Source: an uncultured cyanobacterium (GTDB lineage Bacteria > Cyanobacteriota > Cyanobacteriia > Phormidesmidales > Phormidesmidaceae). Taken from it: a stretch of DNA of 64,000 bases. How positions within the stretch are numbered: the stretch's first letter is position 1; each line of letters begins with the position of its first letter. Where the stretch lies: the NCBI GenBank assembly GCA_963793265.1, contig CAWBZI010000007.1, positions 352,001 through 416,000 of the forward strand, read 5' to 3'. This document shows positions 20,220 to 30,068 of the stretch, piece by piece. Below the pieces are notes generated by a model that saw only the letters and a list, made by a program, of their open reading frames with translations, ran no database searches and was not told the DNA's origin. A program made the position numbers and the translations under genes.

Positions 20220-23200
20220 CTAGGTAAGCGGCGACAAAACGGTCACATCTCTCGCTTCAATAAAATCACCTGTGCGCTTTTTCCGTCGTCTCCTATGCAG
20301 AATCAGATAAGCCGCGGGTGTAAAATACAGTGCTAAAAAAGGTGAGCCGCCAATGCCACCCGCGATCGCAATCGCCAAAGGCTGCCAAAACGCCCCACCC
20401 GACATCAGCAAAGGAATAAACCCCACCATCGTGGTAATCGTCGTTGTGAGCACGTGACGGGTTGAACGGATAACAACATTCTGCACAGCCACGCGATCGC
20501 CCTGCATCGCCAGCTCATCTTCATTAATCGCCGAGAGCACAATAATCCCACCGTTGATCGCAATCCCAATCAGGCCCATCGTGCCAACCACCGCCATAAA
20601 GCCCATCAGCGAACCAAACGCTCGCAGCGAAAACAGCGCCATCCCCACCGAGCCAATCCCAATCGCCGCCACAATTCCCGCCGACCGAAAGCTTCTCAGC
20701 GACAGTACCAAAGTTGTGCCCATCAGCAGCAACAACAGTCCCACGTAAGCCAGCAACGCGCCGACCGCACTACCGCTCTCCGCCTGCTCTCCTCCCACTT
20801 CTGTGTAGTAGCCCGGCGGCGTCTCAAACCCTCTAGCCGCTAGCGCCGCCTGAAAATTCGCCAGCACCTCCGAAGGCAGCGTGCCTGCCGTAATAAATCC
20901 CTGCACCGTATTCACCCGCTGCTCATTACGGCGAGAGATTTGCGCGAGCTGAGGCACCAGCTCAAACTCGCCTAGTGCAGAAAGGGGACGAAGATCTGAA
21001 GCGCCCGGCTGATTGTTCTGTAAATTCAAAGCCGCAATCTGCGAGAGATCGCCCCGGTCACCGTTCCCAATTTGTACCCGTATCGGCAGGCTTTCCGTAG
21101 ATTCTAGAACAGAGCCACCGACCGCCCCTTCCAAAGTGGCTTCTAGCTGCCTAGCAATCTCTGCGTTCGTCAGCCCGGCAAGCTGCGCCTGTTCTTCATC
21201 CACCTGCAAAGCCAGCTTTGGCACTGTTGCCGTCAAATTATCTCTTACATGAGTAACTTCAGGCACCTCTGTTAAGATTTCTCGCGCTTCTGCGCCTAGC
21301 TCTCTGAGCACAGCCAAATTAGGCCCATAGATACGCAGCTCTACAGGCGCTTCAAAAGGTGGCCCCTGCTCTAGCTGACGCACCAGCACCCGCGCACTCG
21401 GCAGCGTCATATCTAGCTCGTTTTGAATCTCACGGATGAGCGATCGCACCCCCTTATCCGTATTAAGCTGAACCATTGCCTGCGCGTAGTCAGGAGAGTT
21501 TTGTCGGTTGCCCGTAAAGTTGTAGAAAAACTTAGGCGCGCTCTCCCCTACAAACCAGTGAACTTGTTCAATTTCCTCATGCTGTAAGAGAACATCGCGG
21601 GCGCGTGAAACGTCTGCTTGGGTTGCTGCGATCGCCTGCTGACTGGCAAACTCCACCTCAATTTGAAACTGATCGCGATCGACAGATGGAAAAAACTGTT
21701 GATCGAGCCCGCCCGCGCCCGCAAATCCCATAACCGGCACGATAAAGGTAAGCGCAACGCCCAAAATAGGCCGCGCCGTTACCCGCTCCAACGTCCACCG
21801 ATAAAACCGCCCTAGCCGCCTAGAGCTGAAGCCCTCATTCCACCAGGCTCCCGGACTATTTAAAAAGTTAAGCACCTTCGCCTTTAGCCCTCGATGCTGC
21901 CGCATTCGATTCTGCCGTCCTAAAAACCGCCCGCTCAGTGCCGCAATCACCGTCAGCGAAATCACCAGCGACGCACAAAGAGAGAGAATCACCGTCAGCG
22001 CAATAGAGCCCACAAACTCACCCGCTGGCCCTGGCAAAAGCGCAATCGGTAAAAAGGTCAGAACCGTCGTCAGCGTCGAAGCAAGCAGCGGCGCTTTGAG
22101 ATAGTTCACTGTCTTCACCACGGCCTGCTCCGGCGGCGTCCCGTGCTTCAGCTCCGCCTGAATTTCATCGACGGCCACCACCGCATTATCAATCAGCAGC
22201 CCCAGCGCAATAATCAGCCCCGTCACCGACATCTGATGCACCGCAATGCCCATCACGCTCATCAGCCCCAGCACCGCCGCAATTGTCAGCGGCAGCGCCG
22301 TGCCCACCACCACCGACGCCCGCCAGCCCATCGCCACAAACGTCACCAGCACCACCAGCCCCGCCCCAAAAACAAGGTTAGACACCAGCGTCTCTAGCCT
22401 GCTTGCCACATACTCACTCTGATCAAAAATAACGTCTAAAGAGATTCCTCCCGGCACCTGCGCCCGAAAATCTTCTATCTGCGCACGTGCTGACGCTGCC
22501 CACTGATCGATTCGCTGCCCAGGCTGCATTAGAATGCCGAGTGCGATCGCTGGCTTTCCATTCACAATCGCCAAGTCCGTCACCGGCTCCCTCACGCCCC
22601 TGGTCACCTTTGCCACATCCGCCAGCCGCGCAAACTGCCCGCCCTCAGTCTGAATCGGAATCTGCCGAATCTGTTCTAACGCGCCCAGCTCGCTATCAAT
22701 TTCAATCGCCAAATTCTGTTCCGCATTTCGAAGCTGCCCCGCCGTCACCTTCGCATCGCTACTATCAATCTGCTGTGCCAACGCGCGTGCACTCAGGCCC
22801 ATCGCCGCCAGCCCAGGCGCATTCACCGCCACCTTAATCTCCTCAGTCGGCGCACCAAAGTCTTCTACTTCCTCAGTGCCCGCCACCCCGCGCATCTGCA
22901 CCGCTAGCTCTTCAGCAAAGCGCCGCAAAATCGCATAGTTCGGCTCGCCCCCCTGATCCCAAGTCAGCGCCGCAATCAGCGAATAGGCCCGCGTCTCAGC
23001 CGACTCCAGCTCCGGCTCAGACGCCCCCGCTGGAAACTGACTGCTCGCATCTTCCAGCTCATCCCGAATCCGCGACCAAACCGGATCGGCGTCCTTCACC
23101 GCATCTTGCAGCTCGATCGTCACCGTCGAAAATCCCACCCGCGAAGCCGACGTGAGCGTTTTAATCTCATCTATTGTCGCCACCTCCGACTCCACCACCT

Positions 23201-23387
23201 GAGTCACCAGCGCCTCCACCCGCTCAGCGCTCGCCCCGGCAAATCGTGTTTTTACTACCGCAATTCTCGGCACTAAAGTCGGATCTTCCTGTCTGGGCAG
23301 CGATTGAGAAGCGGCTAGCCCCCACACCACCACCATCACCATGGTTAAAATCAGCAGCCGAGTATTGCGAAAAAAAGCGCGAACCAT
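20220..23387 (-). CDS. RND efflux permease (AcrB/AcrD/AcrF family)
   Basis: 1055 aa, LPRQEDP, LGLLIDNAVV, two transmembrane clusters. Confidence 0.93.
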   Translation of the reverse strand: MVRAFFRNTRLLILTMVMVVVWGLAASQSLPRQEDPTLVPRIAVVKTRFAGASAERVEALVTQVVESEVATIDEIKTLTSASRVGFSTVTIELQDAVKDADPVWSRIRDELEDASSQFPAGASEPELESAETRAYSLIAALTWDQGGEPNYAILRRFAEELAVQMRGVAGTEEVEDFGAPTEEIKVAVNAPGLAAMGLSARALAQQIDSSDAKVTAGQLRNAEQNLAIEIDSELGALEQIRQIPIQTEGGQFARLADVAKVTRGVREPVTDLAIVNGKPAIALGILMQPGQRIDQWAASARAQIEDFRAQVPGGISLDVIFDQSEYVASRLETLVSNLVFGAGLVVLVTFVAMGWRASVVVGTALPLTIAAVLGLMSVMGIAVHQMSVTGLIIALGLLIDNAVVAVDEIQAELKHGTPPEQAVVKTVNYLKAPLLASTLTTVLTFLPIALLPGPAGEFVGSIALTVILSLCASLVISLTVIAALSGRFLGRQNRMRQHRGLKAKVLNFLNSPGAWWNEGFSSRRLGRFYRWTLERVTARPILGVALTFIVPVMGFAGAGGLDQQFFPSVDRDQFQIEVEFASQQAIAATQADVSRARDVLLQHEEIEQVHWFVGESAPKFFYNFTGNRQNSPDYAQAMVQLNTDKGVRSLIREIQNELDMTLPSARVLVRQLEQGPPFEAPVELRIYGPNLAVLRELGAEAREILTEVPEVTHVRDNLTATVPKLALQVDEEQAQLAGLTNAEIARQLEATLEGAVGGSVLESTESLPIRVQIGNGDRGDLSQIAALNLQNNQPGASDLRPLSALGEFELVPQLAQISRRNEQRVNTVQGFITAGTLPSEVLANFQAALAARGFETPPGYYTEVGGEQAESGSAVGALLAYVGLLLLLMGTTLVLSLRSFRSAGIVAAIGIGSVGMALFSLRAFGSLMGFMAVVGTMGLIGIAINGGIIVLSAINEDELAMQGDRVAVQNVVIRSTRHVLTTTITTMVGFIPLLMSGGAFWQPLAIAIAGGIGGSPFLALYFTPAAYLILHRRRRKKRTGDFIEARDVTVLSPLT

Positions 23388-23432
23388 AGGTCGTGTCTGT
23401 TTAAGTCCGTGTCTGTTGAGCTGTCTTTAAAA

Positions 23433-24920
23433 TTAGTTAGCAGCTTCTATCTGAAGATTAGAAAGCAGCTCCTTCACTGGCTGCACCTGCTGACCCGGCA
23501 CTAATCGGTGCACCCCATTTGCCACCACCGTATCGCCCGGCTTCAAAGTGCCTCTTACCAAAACTCGATTTTCTGACGGTAAAGCACCACCGCCTGATGA
23601 GCCCTGGCCAGTACTCTCCTGCTGAATAATCTCGAGCGATCGCGCCTCAATCTCAAACGCACCCGGCTCCCCTTCAGCAGGCACCAGCACATAGCAAGTC
23701 CAGAGCCCGCGAATCCCCTCAGTCAGCGCCGCCACCGGCAGCCAAAACCCTTCCGCTTGAATGCGATCGCTCAAAGCCCACTGCACCGTCTGCCCTGGCT
23801 CCACCGCTCCAAAAGCCGTCTGCGCAAGTCCCAACACCACCGTCTGCGTCCTGGTCGCCACATCCACCTCCGGCAGCACCGCCTTCACCTCAGCCGCAAA
23901 AGGCTGGTCATTCACCCGTACGCTTTGAGTGCTGCCCACCGCCAGCGTACTTGCCACCTCACTCGGCACCCCAATCCGCGCTTCTGGCGCAGCCGACTCT
24001 ATCAGCGCCACCACGGTTTGCCCCGCGCTCACCACCGTTCCCTCATCCACCGCCCGCTCTGCAATCACCCCAGAAAACGGAGCCGTCAGCGTACTTTTAT
24101 TTTGCGTTATCTCCAGCGCGTCTATCTGCGCCTGAAACTGATCGAGCGTCGCATCTTGAGCGGCCACCTGCTCCGATCTCGTGCCGTTCTCAAGCGCTGC
24201 TAAATTACTTCGGGCCTGGTCTAGTTTGGCCTGTAGCGATCGCGTCCCGAACGTATATTCATCTAGCTGCTCTCGTGTGATCGCCCCCTGGCTAAACAAA
24301 TACTCCCGCCGATTCTGCTGCGTCTGCTGCAAAGCAAGCTGCTGCTCCAAATCCGTCGCCGCCGCTGCCGCCACTGCAATATCTTCCGGCCTCGCCCCTG
24401 TTTGCAGCTCATTCAGCCGCGCCTGTGCCTGCGCCTTCTGCGCAATAAGCTGCCGCTTCTGAGCTTCCAAATCCTGAGTATCCAGCGCCGCCAAAGCCTG
24501 CCCAGCGCTCACCTGCTCGCCTTCACTCACCTGCATATTCACCACCTGGCCGCTGCGCTCAAACCCCAGGTCGCTGCTGCGAAGTGCTGCAATCTTCCCC
24601 GTATACAGCCGCGATACTGTGTATGACGAAACCCGCTCCACCTCAAATGTTTCTACCGGAATCGCTCGGCTGGCGGCAGGGGTTGCTACAGGGGCAGGCA
24701 CAGCCGTCTTTTTGAGTGTGCGTACGCCGACAACAGCACCTACGAGTGCAGCTAGGGCGAGTGCACCTATCAATGCATAGCGTTTAAAAATCGGCGGTGC
24801 GGTGGGCTGTTCTTCTCCTAAGCTAATAGGCAGCAGTCCGGCAGGCGTTAGCCAAGCGGCTTCAAACTCACTGGGCTCGGCAGATTTTACTGGCGGTGTG
24901 TGAAAAGGGTCGGGAGCCAT
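23433..24920 (-). CDS. RND efflux periplasmic adaptor (membrane fusion protein)
   Basis: TM anchor, SGQV..VSEGEQV lipoyl half, coiled coil, LTAPFSGVI. Confidence 0.92.
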   Translation of the reverse strand: MAPDPFHTPPVKSAEPSEFEAAWLTPAGLLPISLGEEQPTAPPIFKRYALIGALALAALVGAVVGVRTLKKTAVPAPVATPAASRAIPVETFEVERVSSYTVSRLYTGKIAALRSSDLGFERSGQVVNMQVSEGEQVSAGQALAALDTQDLEAQKRQLIAQKAQAQARLNELQTGARPEDIAVAAAAATDLEQQLALQQTQQNRREYLFSQGAITREQLDEYTFGTRSLQAKLDQARSNLAALENGTRSEQVAAQDATLDQFQAQIDALEITQNKSTLTAPFSGVIAERAVDEGTVVSAGQTVVALIESAAPEARIGVPSEVASTLAVGSTQSVRVNDQPFAAEVKAVLPEVDVATRTQTVVLGLAQTAFGAVEPGQTVQWALSDRIQAEGFWLPVAALTEGIRGLWTCYVLVPAEGEPGAFEIEARSLEIIQQESTGQGSSGGGALPSENRVLVRGTLKPGDTVVANGVHRLVPGQQVQPVKELLSNLQIEAAN

Positions 24921-25113
24921 GGCGATCGCACCTGCCGTTGCGCTACGTAAAGACGTTACAGCTCATCGTAAAGGCGCTCTCCCGGACAAATCTACCTTAC
25001 CTGCAAAAACCCTAAAATATGGTCAAAAGACAGCTCTTATTTTTCAAAAGCCATAAAAAAGAATCAACAAAACCATCTGTCTAAAATCGGTAAGCCCTTA
25101 TGAGATTCGCCAA

Positions 25114-25665
25114 ATGAGATTAGCCAAGAAAATAGAAATCGTTTTTGAAAAGACCATTTGGAACTTCCGATTTTTTGTGCTGCTGCCGGTCATTTTTAGC
25201 CTATTTAGCGCCGTCAAGTTTTTCGTTATTGGTACGCTCGACATCTGGGTGGGCCTCAACCTCAACTTTGATCTGACCGATCCAGAAGGCGAAGTCACTA
25301 ACCAAATTGTCTCTTACATCATCGGTGGGGTGGACTACTATCTCATCGGCATTGTTCTACTTATCTTCAGCTTCGGCATCTACGAACTGTTCATCTCTAA
25401 AATTGATATTCGATTTGAGCAAGAGGTGAGCATTCTTCAAAGTGAGTCTTTAGAAGAGCTGAAGAGTAAATTAGTGCAGGTGATTGTTGTCGCGCTGATT
25501 GTGAGCTTATTTAAACGAATGCTGGGCTTAGATGTGAGAGAAGCGAGCGATTTGGTTTATGTGGCGATTTCTATTCTGCTTATTTCTGTTAGCAGCTATC
25601 TGCTTCAGATTCAGTACAATGCGCATGGGAGTAAGGGCAGTGCAACGAAGGCTGAGGAGTCGTAG
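25114..25665 (+). CDS. YqhA/UPF0114-family membrane protein
   Basis: VDYYLIGIVLLIFSFGIYELFISKID, SLEELKSKL. Confidence 0.85.
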   Translation: MRLAKKIEIVFEKTIWNFRFFVLLPVIFSLFSAVKFFVIGTLDIWVGLNLNFDLTDPEGEVTNQIVSYIIGGVDYYLIGIVLLIFSFGIYELFISKIDIRFEQEVSILQSESLEELKSKLVQVIVVALIVSLFKRMLGLDVREASDLVYVAISILLISVSSYLLQIQYNAHGSKGSATKAEES

Positions 25666-25703
25666 TATGGGAGTATGTGTCGATACCCTTCAAGGCAACC
25701 CAA

Positions 25704-26171
25704 TCAAGGCAACCCAAAGCTAGCCACCCTAATCACCAAATCCCCTTGTCTTGGGTCGTGCTCAAACACAAACCCACCGCTCTTCTGTTCATTCCCCGAG
25801 AGAAAATCAAACTGTTGTTCTCCCGCTTCATCGACACCTTCGTCTACGCCTGCATTCACGTGCAGCTCAGCAATCACCTGCACCGTTCTAGCAATGCGTC
25901 CTCCGGTGTTCTTGATTGTAAACGGCACATAGTAATGACCCTCTGTCAGCCTGGGCGCTTCCATCATTTCCACCCGAAAAGTTGGCGGCAAATTTTTACT
26001 CACCTGCCAGTCGTACAGCACCAAAACAACCAGCAAACTCAGCACCAAAGCAGACACCGCCAGCGTGATCCATTCAGCGAGCGATCGCATCCCCTTCAGC
26101 CTGGCAATTCTCGATGGCAGCACGGCCTTAGATTTCTGCGTTACTTTCAACTCCGGGACATCTTCACTCAA
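25704..26171 (-). CDS. TIGR02588-family protein
   Basis: RSLAEWITL TM, YYVPFTIKNTGG, FLSGNEQKSGGFVF; paired with TIGR02587; TTG start. Confidence 0.8.
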   Translation of the reverse strand: MSEDVPELKVTQKSKAVLPSRIARLKGMRSLAEWITLAVSALVLSLLVVLVLYDWQVSKNLPPTFRVEMMEAPRLTEGHYYVPFTIKNTGGRIARTVQVIAELHVNAGVDEGVDEAGEQQFDFLSGNEQKSGGFVFEHDPRQGDLVIRVASFGLP

Positions 26172-26183
26172 AGCTACAAACCA

Positions 26184-27092
26184 TCACGCTAAAATTCTAC
26201 CGGCTGCGCCCCCCACCGAAGCAGGCAGGCCCAGCACAATTATATTGCCTAGCCACTCTTGCCACGGGTCGCTGCTGCTAAGCTGCTGAAAGAAAACCAG
26301 CATCAGCGTAGACGCACCCAGCACCACAATATACGTCACCAGCGTCTCAGTTAGCGGGCTCAGCAGCAACCCTCTTTGGGCCCGTTCGCTGCGATCGGTA
26401 AAGCCCGAGGCAAACACAATTACATAGGAAATTAGCAGAGAGGCCGCCATAATTAGCAGCAGCCACAGCGACGGCAGACCCGAGGCGATAATTGCAATTT
26501 CTTCAGTGGGGGCAATGCTAAAGGCGATCACAATCGCGCCAATAATCGTTGCATCGATGTCGGCTAGCGTATCGCCTAGCACACCGCGAAAGCTCACCGT
26601 CGTCGGCAAAAAGGTAGGGGCAGCCTCAATCGTACGGCGCGTGCTCGCCCGGCGACGCTCTAGGGTAGAGCGGGCTAAGGTGACGCCCAGTGAAAAGGGA
26701 ACGCCTTCAAAAATCAGCTTGCCCAGCGCCTCTGAAAGCGGCGTTTCTAGCGTGATGCGGCGGAGCAAGAGTAGGGCGATCGCAGCGCAAATAATGCCAA
26801 TCCCCAGCGCCTCAATGCTTTCTAATACCGTCTCAATGGGATTGATGGAGAGCGATCGCCTAAATCCCTCAATCTGAGTCAGCAGCAGCACCACTACAAA
26901 CGTCACCGCCTGCACCACCAGCAGCCGCAGCGAATCTGTCGAAGACCCAATTGCCCACACCTCGACCGTATACAGCAGCGGAATGCCAAACAAAAAGCTT
27001 CCCGCCGCCCCCCGCAAAATCGCCCGCAGCTCCTCTGTCCACATATTGCTAGGGGTCTTTAGTGGAAATGATTCTAAGGGCTCTTGAGGCAT
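26184..27092 (-). CDS. TIGR02587-family integral membrane protein
   Basis: GSFLFGIPLLYTVEVW, IAPTEEI, LGLPASVGGAAGR. Confidence 0.85.
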   Translation of the reverse strand: MPQEPLESFPLKTPSNMWTEELRAILRGAAGSFLFGIPLLYTVEVWAIGSSTDSLRLLVVQAVTFVVVLLLTQIEGFRRSLSINPIETVLESIEALGIGIICAAIALLLLRRITLETPLSEALGKLIFEGVPFSLGVTLARSTLERRRASTRRTIEAAPTFLPTTVSFRGVLGDTLADIDATIIGAIVIAFSIAPTEEIAIIASGLPSLWLLLIMAASLLISYVIVFASGFTDRSERAQRGLLLSPLTETLVTYIVVLGASTLMLVFFQQLSSSDPWQEWLGNIIVLGLPASVGGAAGRILA

Positions 27093-27374
27093 ACGAGAAA
27101 CTGTTGAGCAAGGGCATAAGCTATGAAAAGCTTAGCGAAGAGCATGTATCTTTATAACGAGGTGTCTAGTTTTGTAAGCGTTTGACGGTGACGCTCATCA
27201 CAGCGCCGAGCATAGGGAATAGTTTATTGACGCAAAGTTCATGATATAACCCCTAGAGGGTAGCTTATAGCCAACTAAGTTTGATACGTGCGCGGCTCTT
27301 TTGAGGCTAACTCGACTGACTGGCGTAATATGTCGGCAAGTGTCGTCAAACAGTCTGTAATGAGAATAAAGCGC

Positions 27375-28130
27375 ATGACAGTAGCATTTCGCACACAGCA
27401 ACATCCCTGCCCCTTTGCTCAAAAGATCTTTCGACCGATGGCTGCTGTTGTTCTTACGGGACTATCTAGCTTTTTGCTGGCAGGCTGCAACCCTTCTAAT
27501 TTGGTTGCCCAAGGCATTGAGCGAGAGCTACCCAAATATGTCGGCCCGGCTGATAATTACGATGTAGACATTGAAGGGCTAAGCGTACGAGAAGGCAGTG
27601 CTAAAAGCGTGGTAGCGGTAGGCGAGCGGGTGCGGCCCGAGGGAGCCCCGGTTATCGATCAGTTGTCCTTGGATTTGCAAGATGTGGTATATGACCGGGA
27701 GGCTGAGCGGCTGAGTGAGGTTGGCGCTGTGCGACTCACTGCTGTGATTAAGACAGATGACTTGGCCGATTTTTTGGAGGCTTATCGCAATGTGCGCGAG
27801 GCTGAGGTGATGTTGCGATCGCCCGACCAGGCCACTATTCGCTTGCGTCCTCAAGTCGGCAATCTTGCCGTCCCTCCTGGTATCACCGTTGATGTTGGGG
27901 GCCAAATTGTCGGCCAGGGCACTCAGCTCAGGTTTGAAGTAGACAAAGTAACCGCCGCTGGATTCGACCTGAGCAACCTTGCCGCGCGCCGCCTTTCGGA
28001 TGTGATTAATCCTTTAGCTGATTTGCAAGAGCTACCTGTAGATGTGAATATCACTTCTGTTGTTGTTGCGGGTGAAACAATTGGCTTGGAAGTGGTGGGC
28101 GATCCTAGCAGCTTTGAAATGGAGCTTTGA
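27375..28130 (+). CDS. Putative lipoprotein, DUF2993/LmeA-like
   Basis: Lipobox LLAGC followed by a beta-rich domain; start uncertain (27288, 27375 or 27438). Confidence 0.65.
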   Translation: MTVAFRTQQHPCPFAQKIFRPMAAVVLTGLSSFLLAGCNPSNLVAQGIERELPKYVGPADNYDVDIEGLSVREGSAKSVVAVGERVRPEGAPVIDQLSLDLQDVVYDREAERLSEVGAVRLTAVIKTDDLADFLEAYRNVREAEVMLRSPDQATIRLRPQVGNLAVPPGITVDVGGQIVGQGTQLRFEVDKVTAAGFDLSNLAARRLSDVINPLADLQELPVDVNITSVVVAGETIGLEVVGDPSSFEMEL

Positions 28131-28466
28131 GTAGCTACGGTTTGTTGTTTGCGATGTGTTTAGTGTTGGTCGGTTGGTGGTTTGGGTTGCTGACCCACCC
28201 CGTCGCTGCGCGCCACCCCTCCCAAAAGGGGATCTACTTCAGGAGAGGAAAATCAAAGGGGTCTCTTTCGATCTTTAACTTGCTCGTAGCCAGGACAGAT
28301 CTTATCTTGGGAGAACGCATTAACGATGTAGTTTCGTTCACTTTTCTTTTATAGCTCCTTTTTCTATCTAAGTGATCGCTATAAACGGTTGATAAAGTGA
28401 CCTGACAGAACTACTGAAGGGAGATGGTATAGATTATTGTAAGAGCTACTGCCAAGCTTTCATTAA

Positions 28467-28863
28467 ATGAGTATCAACTTCGGTCTTTATGCGCTGCTAA
28501 TTGTAATTCCATTAGTCCTGCATCTCATCACGCGAACTGCGATCATAAGCTTTCGCGACCGGCGACCCGCAAAGCTTTTAGCGGTCATATACAGACGCCA
28601 GCATCGAAAGATAATAGGATTGCTCTTGCTAATACTTGTTTTATCGCCGCCGTGGTGGACTCGGTTTGGGCCACAAACTGCGTGGCAACAGGAATCTTTT
28701 ATTCCTTGCGGAAGCCCATTGGCAATGGAAAACGATGTACTTCTAGTGGGTGGAACAGCAGGGCATCACGTATATATCCTGCGATATCAAAAAGGTCGCT
28801 GGATAGAGGAAGCTGCTTTTGTACGCGAGGTGAATAAATCCGAGAAAGTGAGGATTGTTGAGC
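28467..28863 (+). pseudogene. Membrane-anchored FG-GAP-like protein truncated at an IS remnant
   Basis: Two TM segments, then GSPLAMENDVLLVG...HVYILRY...WIEEA; the frame runs directly into transposase sequence. Confidence 0.4.
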
Positions 28864-29158
28864 CTTTATCACAGCAAATACAACCCCATAGAACGATGCT
28901 GGGGTGTGCTTGAACAACACTGGAATGGTACTCAACTTATCGACTTGCCCACTATGCTTATTTGGGCTAAGAGCATGCGGTGGAAAGGCACTTATCCCAC
29001 CATCAAATTGAATCCATTGATTTATAAAAAAGGGATCGCTTTGACAAAACAACAGATGAACACAATTGAAGCGCGATTAGAACGACATCCTGACCTGCCA
29101 AAATGGGACATTTTTATTCGACCCGCTTAAACGGTAGCTTTATTCTTGGAAACTACCT
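28864..29158 (+). mobile_element. 3' remnant of an ISAzo13-like transposase with probable right end
   Basis: YHSKYNPIERCWGVLEQHWNG...YKKGIALTK...LPKWDIFIRP to TAA 29130, then TTATTCTTGGAAACTACCT as candidate terminal repeat. Confidence 0.8.
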
Positions 29159-29600
29159 TATCAGTCATAGCTATCTCGATTGACTGCTTCGTAGTAAATC
29201 TACTGAAGTAAGCTGGCAATCTCTAAGGCTTAAACATTCTTTGCTACTTCATAAGTGCGTAAAGATACATAAAGGCTACCTATACCTACGTAGCCATTTC
29301 GGTAATATTTCAGATACGTTTGTGAACGAAGCCCCCAAGCAAAACAACGTTCCGCAAAACAGAGTTATTGCATAAGATTGAAAGAGGAAGCGGTAGATTC
29401 TGATAGCCCATTTGCTATATCTCTAAACGTTTGAAATTAAAGTTTTAGCATTAGACAAGCTATTTGAGCCGTTTCTAATGCACCTGTATTTGGCCTGCAT
29501 TAAGATTCAGAAACGTTATCTCTATGCCTTGAGACAAGCCAACAATAATACTGTTTTAGAGCTATCCCTATATCTCTATTATTAAAGGAATTGATAGTAT

Positions 29601-29972
29601 ATGATGCATGTAAGACGATGTAGTGTTGTTGCTGGTCGATTAGTGTTGATAGTTTTTCTTCTATTTTCTACTACATCATGCCGGTTATTGCGCACATTCA
29701 GACCTGAAAGCGAATGCTACAAATACGATAAAGCTGTTTTTAAGCCCTGCATAGAAGAGAGATTTCCTGTCGGGTCTAGCTACTCTGATTTAGAAGATTT
29801 TTTGCTAGAAGATGGTTTTAGAAGTTCCCAGAATCCTGACGATTTAGCCGAAAACAGATTCTACTTCAGATGGAATGCCAACAATCTGACTAATGGATTT
29901 ACTGACTACGCTGTAGTCGTTGCAGGAAATTACGACGAGGGTCTGAAAATAACGGACATTGAAGTCAACTAG
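29601..29972 (+). CDS. Small lipoprotein of unknown function
   Basis: Basic N-terminus, hydrophobic stretch, TTSC lipobox-like site; AAAGGA upstream; AT-rich. Confidence 0.7.
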   Translation: MMHVRRCSVVAGRLVLIVFLLFSTTSCRLLRTFRPESECYKYDKAVFKPCIEERFPVGSSYSDLEDFLLEDGFRSSQNPDDLAENRFYFRWNANNLTNGFTDYAVVVAGNYDEGLKITDIEVN

Positions 29973-30068
29973 GGAAGGTGCTGACACGAACAAAGGAAAA
30001 TGCTTTTCAATTCTGTGACGGTATTTACATCTCAATAGTAGATAACAGATACATACTAGGAAATAATT

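Noticed and set aside
20220..24920. RND pair as the exporter for the RTX protein or the double-glycine peptide
   Set aside because: AcrB-type pumps are not T1SS or C39-ABC transporters, and nothing in the sequence links them
20554..26877. Many overlapping antisense ORFs (e.g. 23757, 25677, 26506)
   Set aside because: Shadow frames of well-supported genes with biased codon usage; no recognisable motifs
28127..28354. 75-aa ORF and the CCACCCCTCCCAAAAGGGGA hairpin-like segment
   Set aside because: TTG start with no motif support; only one copy of the hairpin in the window, so a repeat family cannot be shown
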